The translations under genes and the position numbers were made by a program. A DNA stretch of 63,768 nt, counting the filler, from Licmophora abbreviata (Eukaryota): the NCBI GenBank assembly GCA_900291995.1. It is 7 parts of 7 records of this genome, joined end to end, with 100 filler letters (N's around TTAATTAATTAA, not from the genome) between each part and the next. Parts side by side here need not be neighbours in the genome. Positions count along the whole stretch, not along the records: positions 25,026 to 40,252 come from OLMU01004939.1; 6 more parts are not named here. The stretch is one strand, 5' to 3'. A model generated the notes under the pieces. It was not told the origin of the DNA, did not search any database, and worked only from the letters and a program-made list of their open reading frames with translations. Below, piece by piece: positions 25,869 through 37,500 of the stretch (the first letter of the stretch is position 1; each line of letters begins with the position of its first letter).

Positions 25869-27857
25869 TCATACCGTATGTCCTCCATCACGTCTTCGTC
25901 GTCGGCGCAGGTTTTTGCACAATGAAGGGAAGCACTTGCCTGTAAAGTGCATGTACACGAAGACGCAACTAAGAGTGGCACTTGCCAAGCTTGCCCACAA
26001 GATAAACTGCAATACTTTCATACATTCGTTGTTCAAGTCATGCACTGATGGTAGTGCTTCTTTCTTTTTGCTTTTCTTCCACCCGCAATCCCAGTCTCGA
26101 GTCGCAAAGGACGACACTTGTTCCATTAGAACGCTAACATCGCACAAGTCCATATCGTTCGGGCAGCCATCCATCCTGTGTGTCAGGACCTCTCCGTCGT
26201 GCAAGAGTCGAAAGGCGTGGTCTGACTTGAAGAGAGATCGACCGGTCGCGGTGTGATTGAGGATCTCGTGAATCTGCAACGACACAAATCAAAAGAAAGA
26301 ACAACGAAAGAATCACGTTGGTGGAACGCTTTTGCAATGTGTCTTGCTGCACGCACGGAAACGCAGCTCTCACCTCGATTATCATCATGCTCGCGTACGG
26401 CGGCCATGTCGTTCCGTCCCAAACGTCAGGTCCCAGAGATGCGAGAAGAGGCATGATAGTCGTGTCATGTCCCGAAAAGAGTGCAAACTTGGTATGTGGA
26501 GCCTCACTGTCCGACGACGACGATGAAGACGTATCGAGAATGGGGGATATGTTCTCCATGATTTCGGCCCACATGGGCCCCATGGCCAGTTTGGCATAGG
26601 CTGCGTCATTGTACTTGAATGGAAAGGCTTGCTCAATGATGGACTGCGATTTTTAAAAGTGAATATGATAGGATAGTAGAGAGCGCAGAGTGTCAGCGAA
26701 GTAGCACGCATAGACGCAGACAAGGGTAATGCAAAGACACTTGCATGATTGTAGAGTCGTTCAAACAGATTGCTTCCATATAGAGCGTCCACCGACGGTT
26801 GCGTGTGACCGCCGTAATCTTTCAAACTGTCTGGAAGCTTTCGATCCGTGCACATGGTGGTCATGAGGCACTCCATAGTGTTGCTCATGACGCCACCCAG
26901 CTCTTGTTTCATAAAATGTTCAAGCGAAAGTGTCTCTTGGGATGTCTCAAAGGCCTGGTATTCGGGCGACTCGAATGCTATTTTCTCCAATTTCTTTAGT
27001 AAAGGACAAACTTTATGGGATGGAGTCAAAACGTCACGCTGTCGGTCAGCAGTGTGAACAGGAATGATTGGATGCGTCCCCTCATCATGCAGGTGCTTGA
27101 CGAACTCGGTACTGAACAAACCTCGCAACAATATCTGCCCCGACAAGAGCGTGCGTTGGTCGTCATGAGAGCGATACCTCAACAGCGGCTCTTCGTATGG
27201 ACGAGCGTTTGGATTGTTCATGTCAAAGAGTCGCATGTGGATGCCTGGGTCAGTTTCGGAGCCATCATCATAGGCATAGGCTCTTCGCAAGTGCTCTCCA
27301 TTTGTAAACTCCTGGTCATATCCTTGCAATAGCAACTGTCCGTGTAAGCAAGTGCCGACCAGCTTGTTTCGCAAATTGTAATGTGGATGCGAAAGCGCAT
27401 CGTACTGTTTGCGAAATTGAAGGGACGCGTCGCTCAGTCCATTGTGGGGAGCACCTCCACGCTGTACCTCAATTTCGCGCGGGGACGGAGGTGCGAGCAA
27501 GGTCGTCAAATCACAGTCCCACGTGGACTGTTCCGGATCGTCTTTGTATCCCTGCCAGCAGTCATCGTTCCATTCCCAAGAAGTTCGAGCTCCATGCCGT
27601 ATAACTGATGTCACGTGAGCAATTCGTGTTTCGCCGACTCTTGCCATGTCCTGCGGTCGAAGAGGAGGAATTTTCCGTGAACTCATTTCTTCTGGAGTCG
27701 AACAGTACGGCGGATAGGCAGGATAGCGCTTGTACCAAGTCTCATTCTTGAAGCCAGCTTGAGCTGCTGAGATGTTGCTCAAAACAAGGCCGAAGAAGAA
27801 GAGGAGACGGGCCGAGTCGATCCCAGTGGCGAGAGGGGCAATTTGGTTGCGCATCAT
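25869..27857 (-). CDS. Histidine acid phosphatase (branch 2), paralog 1, with signal peptide and C-terminal TM
   Basis: IRHGART and SGHDTT catalytic motifs. Exons 27857-26745, 26643-26374 and 26273-25869. Confidence 0.9.
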
Positions 27858-28675
27858 GTAATACGGTATTGCGTTTTCTGATTGACAGAATCTTCGATTT
27901 TGAACGCTACAGCCAGCTCAGCTTTCCATTCTAGAACAGCTTAGGATCAGGATTGACTTAGAGAGTCATGGCGTGTTGTTGCGGTGACGGAAACGGCATG
28001 TTGTGGCCCACTTTTGAAGTGCGTGATGATCCGTGCTGTGCCCATTGAGTTCACGTCGCGGAGTTTCAAAGTTGGACGACGATGATGACGCCGCTGACAA
28101 AAATGTCGGCGATTTTTTTTGTAAAAATTGGGCCATCCGCGCGCGCGCAGTCGACATTCGACTATCATACACGGCGGTATTATACTCGGTGTACCGGTAC
28201 CTCTGTGGGCCAACTTCCGTCTGCGTCCACCGTCATGGCCATTATACCGTAAGGCCGATGGTTAAAAGTCTAAAACCTAAGCACTCCATAGACAGTTCTA
28301 TGTCAGAAAAGTCCGGCAATAGCCTGCCGCGAGACGTGAGTCGACTCGCATGCAATCCATCACTTTCGCTCGTTACTAGCACCGTCTTCGTGCCCATGAT
28401 ATGCCCGTGGTGTGAGCGCGTGCCGCTCAGTCTAATGCGAAGGTAGTATTGTAAATGCCTAAGTCGCTTCCCTCATTGTCTGACATCCTTCGTGCTCTAA
28501 TCTTTCGTGATATGACGATGAACCGAACTGCATAACAGAATCACAGAGGAGGCGCCTGAACTTCAGACAGAACCTCGACATGCTCGCTATACACGGGGGG
28601 ACGGGGTGCTGACCGCGACCTGCAATCCACCAACGACAGCCCGCCCCATACTACTCCTTACCGTTTGACAGCGCG

Positions 28676-30697
28676 CTATGTAAGTACAGCCATGACCGGC
28701 TTGCCCCCGCCATTGACAGCTGGGTCGTCGTAATAAAGCGAGTCGCCTTCGATATTCAGCTCCAGTCCAGCGCTTTCCGCATCTGCAACCAACTGCCTCG
28801 CTCGCCGCCTTCGATTACACCACAACGGTACACAGCTGCCTGTCAAGAACATGTGCACGACAGCCCCACCCAAGATAGAACTAGCAAGTATCACTGTGAC
28901 GACGAGCAAGATTCCTCCAGTACTCTGAAACAGAGCTCCGGCATGCGTGAGAGCACCCTCTCCATTGCTGGACGTTTTGGAAGTTTGGATGTCACAGTCC
29001 CGATCTCGAGTCGAAAAGGGCGACACTTGTTCCAAAAGGACGCTCACATCACACACGTCCATATCATCAGGGCATCCATCCATCTTGCGCGTCAGCACCT
29101 CTCCGTTGTACAGTAGTCGAAAGGCATGGTCAGACTTGAAGAAAGATTGATCAGTTGGGCCATCTATGATTTCGTGAATCTAAGACAAGCGAAAGAAATA
29201 CAAGCATTTACGTTTGAGGAACGCTTCAACAATGAGTCTCATTGTTTACATTGACAAGAAGCACTCACCTCGATGATCATCATGCTCGCGTACGGTGCCC
29301 ACGTCGTTCCGTCCCAAACATCAGGTCCCAGGGTCGCCAGTAGGGGCAAGATGGTCGTATCGTGTCCAGAAAAGACGGCCAGCTTGGTCGTCGTCGGCGG
29401 GCGATCATTGGATGACAACGATGTTGCGTTGACAATAGGAAAGATATTCTCCATAATTTCGGCCCATAGAGGGCCCATGGCAAGCTTGGCATAGATGGCA
29501 TCGTTGTATCTGTACTGAAAGACATAATCGACAACGGACTGCCGGGAAGAACGGAAGCAGAAGGATCGTCAGCCAAACATATTGACTAGACCCACCATTT
29601 GCGACGCTGAGCGCCATTCGACTCACGTAGTTGTATATCCTCTCGATCATCCTGTCTCCCACGCCATAGTCGTTCAGCGCTTCCGGGAGCTTCCGGTCAG
29701 TACACATTGTGGTCATGATGCAATCAATAGCAAAGTCTAGTTGTCTCCCGAGTTCTTTCTTCATAAATTTTCTTAGTGAGCGGGACTCTTTCGACCGTTT
29801 AAAGTTCTGATACTCATCTGAATCCCAGGCGTCTTGTGCCAATTCCTTCAATCGGGGACACATACTTACAGAAGGATCCAAAATGTCCCGCCCTCGGTCA
29901 GCCGTGTGTAGTGGAATGACCGGATGCGTCCCCTCGGTTTCAAGATGCTTGACAAACTCGGTACCGAACAAACCTCGTAGCAGAATCTGCCCCGACATGA
30001 GCGTTCGTTGATCATCGTCACAGCGATACCTCAAAATTGGCTCCTCGTATGGACGAGCGTCCTGGCCATCGTCAATGTCCAAGAGCCGCATGTGAATGTC
30101 GTGATCAAACTTGGACCCGTCGTAAACGTAGGCATTTCGCAGGTGCGCTCCATTTGCTTTCTCCTGATCATAACCCTGTAAGAGCAACTGCCCCTGTTGG
30201 CATGTACCGTTGAGTTCGTTCCGGAGATTATATTGTGGGTAGGTGAGAGCATCATACTGCTTGCGAAAGAGAAACATGGCGTCGCTGACTGGATTGTTGG
30301 CAGCATCTCCATTCTCAATATCAATTTCGTGAGGCGAGGGTGGCGATAGAAACGTCGTCAAGTCACAGTCCCATTTGGAAAGCTCGACGTCCTCTTTGTA
30401 TCCATCCCAGCATTCGATTTTCGGTGACCAAGGCGTTCTTGCTCCGTGCCGAATGATGGCGGTTGCATGGACAATTCTCGTCTCGCCGACCCGCGACAAG
30501 TCTTCTTGTCGCAGTGGAGGAATGGCCCGCGTGCTCATTTCTTCCGGGGTCGAACAGTAGGGTGGATAAGCATCATAGCGTTTGTACCAAGTCTCATTCT
30601 TGAGAGTCGCTTGAACCGTACAGCAACTACAAGCGACAATCCAGACGACGAAGCGCGCAGCGCTTGAACGTCCAAACAAGACAATTCGAAACTGCAT
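28676..30697 (-). CDS. Histidine acid phosphatase (branch 2), paralog 2, with signal peptide and C-terminal TM
   Basis: IRHGARTP and SGHDTT motifs. Exons 30697-29627, 29538-29269 and 29179-28676, with the same intron positions as paralog 1. Confidence 0.92.
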
Positions 30698-31095
30698 GAC
30701 GAATCTTGTGTTTTTGTCTGGTTTTCGACTCTCAATGCTCTCTCAAGCTCAGGTTTCACTTCAGGACACTATTTGATAGAATGGCAAGGATGGGCCCTGT
30801 CGCGGAAAGCAGAGAGGCCTCAAACGCTCACAGAGTTGACGGTCGCTTTCAACTTTTGGTCGCGTCGTCGCGGGTCGTCGTCATTGTGACGACCAGTTGT
30901 TCGGGAAAAAATGAGCAAACGCGCGAAACAATACGAGCTATGTGGTGTTGCGAGGTCTGCTGACGCACAGACGGGAGCAGATCGAGTCGAGTGAGTCGAG
31001 TGAGTCTCTCTCGCGTCGCCGTATCCGACGCATGACAAGATGATGCGTTGATGGCGAGCGACGGCGTTGTTCTGCAGCGGGTTTTTTTTTTCACC

Positions 31096-34000
31096 ATGAG
31101 CAATCTTTCGTTCCAAGATACTGTACGATGTCCCAGAGCATCACATTGGCCCCTACTTTTGATTTTTCTTTTGTTATTTGTTGGCTGCCGAGTGATTTCA
31201 GGCTTCATCTTGGTGACCCCACAAGTTCTCGTTCGAAACGATGGCTCGGGACGAGGATCGAGCTGTTCAGGGGGATGTAGGAGTGAATATCGACGCAACG
31301 CTCCCGTGGCCCTACCTATGGCTTCAAAGAGGACCCCAGGGCACACCAGGAACAGTCAACCGAGACGAACTGATGCAGCGAGCGCAACACAAGGCTTCGA
31401 CCGGCAACAACTCGCCAGCACGACACCATCGACCGCATCTACCAAAGAAAGCCTGCAAGACAAGCTTCAGTTACGGCTAAACGAAATGCGCGAACGAGTA
31501 AACCAAGGAGAAAGTCTGACACGTACGTGCTGTCGAATCCTATCTAACCTGTTCTTGGCCGTCATGATAGAGTACTCTCTCACACTCACCACTTCGAACA
31601 CTTTGCGTACAGAGGCATATTGCGATTCTGCCCTGGCCTTATGCGTCGCATCCGATGAATGGGACAGCGTTTTGGACGTGCTTGATGTCATGAAAGGTCA
31701 GGGGCTTTCCCAAGAACGCTCGACATATCGTGCATCGTTTCAGGCTTGCTTTGAGATTGGTAACGGGGCTTCGGCCTTGGAAATGTTGAACGCGATGCGC
31801 CAGGCGCTGATGAGGCCCGACCCAACTGACATTTCTCTTGTCGTGGCGGCTATGTGTCGGAACGACAATACAGAACCTGGATGGTGGAGAACAGCCCTGA
31901 CATTGCTGAGAGAAACTGCCCAGGATGCACATCCCGATGATAGTGCCGTCCCTGTGGAGGCATACGACGCTGTGCTATCGTCTATGAAACCACCACACTG
32001 GAAGGAAGCTCTCCAGCTACTGCGGCAAATGGAGGAGGGTTGGTCTAGGAATGGTCCGTCCTATCATCCTCTTCCAACGGTGTCGACGTACCGAGCAGTA
32101 ATTGAGAAGTGTGTCGCTGCATCACAGACCGAACCGGCGTTTCAAGTGTTGATGGGTATGCCCAGCAAGGGAATTACTGTACGTTGATCAAATGTTCCAT
32201 GTTCAGTGTTGGTTATGAACGGTGCATTAACCTTGGTGGTGACTGTTTTCGCCGCTCTTTGTACGTTGTTCAGCCAACGGTATATACGTTCGAACTTGTC
32301 ATTTCGGCTCTTTCGAAGAAATTGCAATGGAGACGGGCGCTGCAGTTGCTGGATGTGATGGACGAGCTGAATATTCAAAAGACTGTGGTAACGTACAATA
32401 CTGTCATTTCGGCGTGTGCCAAGGCCGGTGAAGTGGGAACGGCGAAAAGTCTTTTGGTCAGAATGCGAAAGCAAGGAGTGAAACCAAATATTATCACCTT
32501 CAACTCAGTAATATCCGGATGCGCCGGCACCTCACGATGGAAAGACGCACTCTCCGTCTTGGACCAGTGTCACCGAGAACCTGGTGTGCAGCCAGATATT
32601 ATTACCTATACAAACGCTATGAGGTATGTAGCAAGTGGCATTTTGAATTCGCTGCGGCGGAATGTGCTCTAACGTCGTATCTTCGTTCAGAGCGTGCGCA
32701 CGAGGCCGCAAGACGACTCGGGCTCTCACACTCTTGCAAGTCGTCAAGGATAAAAACCTGCCCCTTGACAATTACTGTTACACCGCGGTAATTGATGGTA
32801 CGTCATTGCCTCCTCTTGTGATAAGACTTTCGTACCCGTGATCCAACAGTCTTGCATTTCGATTCGTAGCATGCGCCAAGGCAAGAATGTGGAGGAAAGC
32901 ATTGGAGCTACTTGACGAGATGGAAGAAAATGGTGTTAAAGCAAACGAGGTGACCTACAGGTACGCAGTATTGCACGTTAACAATCCTACTTCAGATGCT
33001 TTTAAAAAATGACCTCACCGGATCTCGTGACCTGCCGATTGCAGTTGTGCGATCTCAGCGTGCGGAAACTCGGGTCAGTGGGAAAAATCTCTTGAGTTGC
33101 TTCAGCTGATGAAGGCGAAGTCAATGAAGGTGAACTCGATTACTTATAATGCAGCAATCACTGCACTATCGAAGGCGTCCAGGCGCAGTGCTAAGTTTAT
33201 CGAAAAGCGTCAGGCGACGGCGCGATTCGATTCCACAAGTCGGCATGCTCCTGTAGATCATACAGCCAATGATGCAGGCGACGGTGACGGGCAGCTGTGG
33301 ACCAAAGCGCTAGACCTTCTAGATCAAATGAAATCCGACGGTATTGAGCCAGACGGGTTTAGCTATTCCGCCGCGATCAGTTGCTGTGGCGCTGGGGGTC
33401 GTTGGGAGGAAGCGTTGGCGTTGATCGACACGATGAAGAAGGGTGGACCGAGGACTCGACCAAACCGCGTGAGCTATACAGCCGCAATCAGTAAGTGTGT
33501 GAGCTAGACAACAGTACAAAGAGGTGTATTCTAGTGGTCACAGGTCATTCGAATCTCACCTTACCCTCTTTCTTTTGTCATTACAAACAGCGTCGTGTGG
33601 GCGAGCTGGGCAGTACGAGCAAGCGTTGCAATTGTTCGAGGATATGGAAAACGAAGGCTTGCAACCCGACAAGGTCTCATGGAATGCTCTTTTTTCTGCC
33701 TTGCGAGTAGCGAATATGACAAACAAGGTATGTTGTTGCGACGTGCGAGTGATTGAGTTGCATACCAAAGCTGTTCGCTCATCCTGGTACCTATGTCTCC
33801 TCAATGCTAAAGTCGTATGAGTATTGGCGCGCCATGTGTGGCAAGGACCCAATTAGTTCCACCAGCCAAGCGATTGCACCGCATACTTCAGTCTCGCCGG
33901 ATATTGTCACAATTACAGATGTCTTGTCGACTCTTTCGCGTTCAGACCAGCCAATTAACCTGGAGCGGGCGGACGAAGTCTTTGACGATGCGGTTTCGCG

Positions 34001-34415
34001 CGGAATTTTGATGCGACATGACACCCTTGACTCTAGCTGGGAAACGGATTTGTCCGGCATGGCACTCCCTGTCGCAAGAGTAGCCTGCAGGTTCATATTT
34101 CGTAGAGTTCTTGCGATGGCCTCAGAGGGCGAGGAGATATCAGACGTAGCTTTTATAACAGGTGTCGGCAGAGCAAAAAGGGTAAGAGACTATCTCGACG
34201 AGAATGTGAAGAAGGCGAAAGCTCGTGGTGGATCGGAAGAGCGATCGCATGGTATAACCTCGCGTCAAACATCGAGCACGTCGCTTCGTGAATACGTCCA
34301 GCAAGTCCTTTTACAAGATTTTAACCCTCCGCTAGAGCCCTGCGTCCCAAAGCACGCGCAAGGAACTGTTGTAGTGCCCGTCTCCGTGGTTAAGCAATGG
34401 ATAGCAGGACAGTGA
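31096..34415 (+). CDS. Pentatricopeptide-repeat protein with C-terminal Smr domain (PPR-SMR), probably plastid-targeted
   Basis: Many 35-aa PPR units (VVTYNTVISACAKAGE..., FSYSAAISCCGAGGRWEEAL). C-terminal DLSGMALPVAR...FITGVG. Hydrophobic N-terminus ending ISG-F. Multi-exon; exon edges not all mapped. Confidence 0.85.
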
Positions 34416-34526
34416 TCGAGGAAATGAAAACATAGAATTCTTAATAACTCACATTAAAATAAAACTGGGTAGATAGAGAAAGTTTACTCATATGCCATTC
34501 ACCGCTGAAGAAAAGCACATTTGACT

Positions 34527-37500
34527 CTAGATTTCACCTTCGTCTAGAGTCTTGCTCGTCATTGCAGCCATCATAGCCTCAACGCGCGCGGCTGCCAGTT
34601 CCTCCGCGGCTTTCGCAGATTCACTTTTTTTCTTGGATCTTGTCGAGGATTTCGATCTTGCTGATGCTTCCGATCGTGCTTCGGACCGAACGGACTTCGC
34701 ATCCGCATGCAGAGGCGACTTCGCACTGTCCTCAGTCGTTAAAGACTCGATCATATTTTCAACCTGTACTTTCTTTCCTTTGCTGCGTTTTCGGCTCCTA
34801 GGAGCGGAATTGGATGTTGACGCCATTGCTTCCATCATCTCTTCAACCTTCTCCGCCGCGTACTTCTCTGCCGCCTTGGACACCTCACTTGAGCTTTTAG
34901 CCGAGCTATCTTTCGGGCTTGCGCTTCCTGGTCCCCTCTTGTTTAGAAATTCCTGCCATCTTTCACTCGTCCGCTGGGAGCCGGCAGACACTTCGGAAGA
35001 TGGAGACTTCTTCCTTTCGCCTCGTCTAGGTTTCGACACGGCAGTCTTCATTGCAATAGCGTCCAAGTAGGACGTTCTCGCTCCGAAATCCTCTGAGGCG
35101 ACGCTTCTGTTATCACTGTCGACACGCCGGGAGCCGGATCGAGGGATTGATTTAGAGCGCTGAGATCCGGGTCTTGATTGCGAGGAGGATATTCCCGTTA
35201 GATGCGCTGCCAGTTTCTTTCGATTTTCATCTGTTGCCGCCTTGGGAGTGGTTTCCGTATCGTCCTCGTTCTCCACAATGGTATCCGGGCGACCGCATAG
35301 AGTCGGAGGAACAAATCGTGACACTCGGGATCCACTTGCGCCGGTACCCCCTGAAGGGTTCGTTCGGAGGAACGCCAGGTGAGACGAAGGCACAGCGCCA
35401 TCGTTTTGACTGGTGAACTGTCGAGGCATAATAGGGGCAGCACAAGCTTGAAGACGCTTCATGAACGTCCCTTGATACACATCAGTTCCAGTGTCAGAGA
35501 CTTGGTCGAACCGAGACTCATCCTCAGTCTTTCGGGGGATAGGGGAGAGGTCAGAGAATCCATCGCTAGGGTCCACGCTGTCACTCGCACTTGGCGAGGT
35601 ACCAAAATCACGTGTCTGGGCTGCAGAGTCCGCGGCAAACTGAAAGACTGAATCATCGTAGGACTGCTCGCGACTGAGTGCTATCGTCCCAATGTCGCGT
35701 TTGGCATCAAGGTCAGTCCCACGAAGACCTTCGGGTTCTCTATTCTTTCTTCTAGGACCTTTCTTTGTTAATGTCATACTTTCGACGATAGCCCTTTTTC
35801 CTAAGAGTGCCTTCCATTCCGCAGTTCCGGAAGAGTTCGATTCAGAGAGATGGCGGTCGTCGCCTTCTGGCCAAGACACTTCAGGTGCATTCTTCTCCAT
35901 GCGTTCCTCTCCACCAATATGGGCGATACCCACGTGGTTGCCCCCATCAGTCCTGTCCGATGGGCTGGACCTGGATTCCCACTGTTGCGCTCTAAGCCTG
36001 ACGCTAGAACTAGCACTCCCGGCGGTCGACTGGTCGGTTCGGATAGCTCGTGGCTCTTCGCCAGACTTGTCTCCTTTAACTGAAGACACAGGAAGAGCAC
36101 TCGCCGCAGCTGTCGCTGCGGCCACTGCTGGAGTTCTTTCTCTTGATTTTGAAGGCCTTTCGCGGACAGGTGATGTGTCTCTACGATTCTCTTGCAGTTT
36201 CGGAGGGCTTGACCTGGGCAGCCGACTCCTCGGATTGTCGAACATTTCTCTTGAAACTTGACCTTCCATGAAGGAGTCGGGCGCCCAGGAAGAATCTTCA
36301 TCGTCTTCGTCTGACGTGAGATCACCAGCGTCGTCCACATCAACGGGACCGCGTCCTCGACGGCTGCCTGACGTGGCTGAAAAATACGACGTGTTTTTCA
36401 ACTTGGCTTTGTCGTCGTGCGCAAAGAGACCGAAGTCATCCTCATCACATTTCTCCTTTACCACCTCAATGGCTGGAGCCCGTTCTTCATCGGATTCAAG
36501 GTCGTCGGCTTCATCGACATCGACTGGTCCCGAGCTTCTTCTCGAGGAACGAGAAAAGACAGATTGGTCACCCTTCCCGACGTCAGGGATATCTCTTCCA
36601 GCGACCTTTCCAGCGAGAATTTTCAGGTCCTCGTCACCATTTGTGACTGACGACTGTGCACCCAGATCTTGAGCAACAGACCGAACAGAACCGTTGTCGC
36701 CCAACTGCATATACTTTTCTACTCCCCCACTCGATGCTACAGCTTGGTCGGAGGCTTCAGTGGACTGCTCTGATTTCTTCTCAATCTTCGTGGATTTGTC
36801 GATGAATGACGTGAGCGGCGACTTGCCACTCTCTTCTTCATTGCTTTCACGTTGACCCGCCTCCGCAGCAGCAACTGCTATCGCCCCTGCAGTTCCTGCG
36901 GCCAAGGCTGTGCCCACCACAATAGTAGAGCTTCCGACTTCATTTCTGGGCGAAGCTCGATTGACGGATTGCACAGGATTCTTGTTGGCATTCACTCTTC
37001 CATCTAGACCCCGTTCCTCGTACACAGGGTCCATAATATCAGCAGAATCCTGTAGTTTCGGGGTTCCTTGAGCGGCATCGAGCATTGTTTCTCTCTCCTG
37101 CTTCCATTGCTCCGGGAACGGCACCGCTACGTGTTCTCCGTCTGACGATCTGTACCTCGCATTCTCAATGTCGATACCCTCCATTTGACGACCTAGAGCA
37201 ACGTTGTCCAGTGAGACATTGAGTTTTCCAGTCTGTTTAGGTACCGGCTCCATGACCTCTTCAGTATCCTCATAGTCGACCCAACCTCGTTCAGGATCCC
37301 AAACGCGTTGGTTCTTGGAAGCCGCCTCTCGAATCGATTCGTGCCATCCCTTCGAGGATGATCTGCTTTTCGACTGTTTTGCCATTGCAAGACGACCTCT
37401 GGCGGCGCCATGGTGGCGTTTGCGAGAAGACTGAGTGTACACAGAGGAAGCCGTTGTCCACGCACTCTTTCCGCTGACGACAGACGTGTGATCGTGAACG

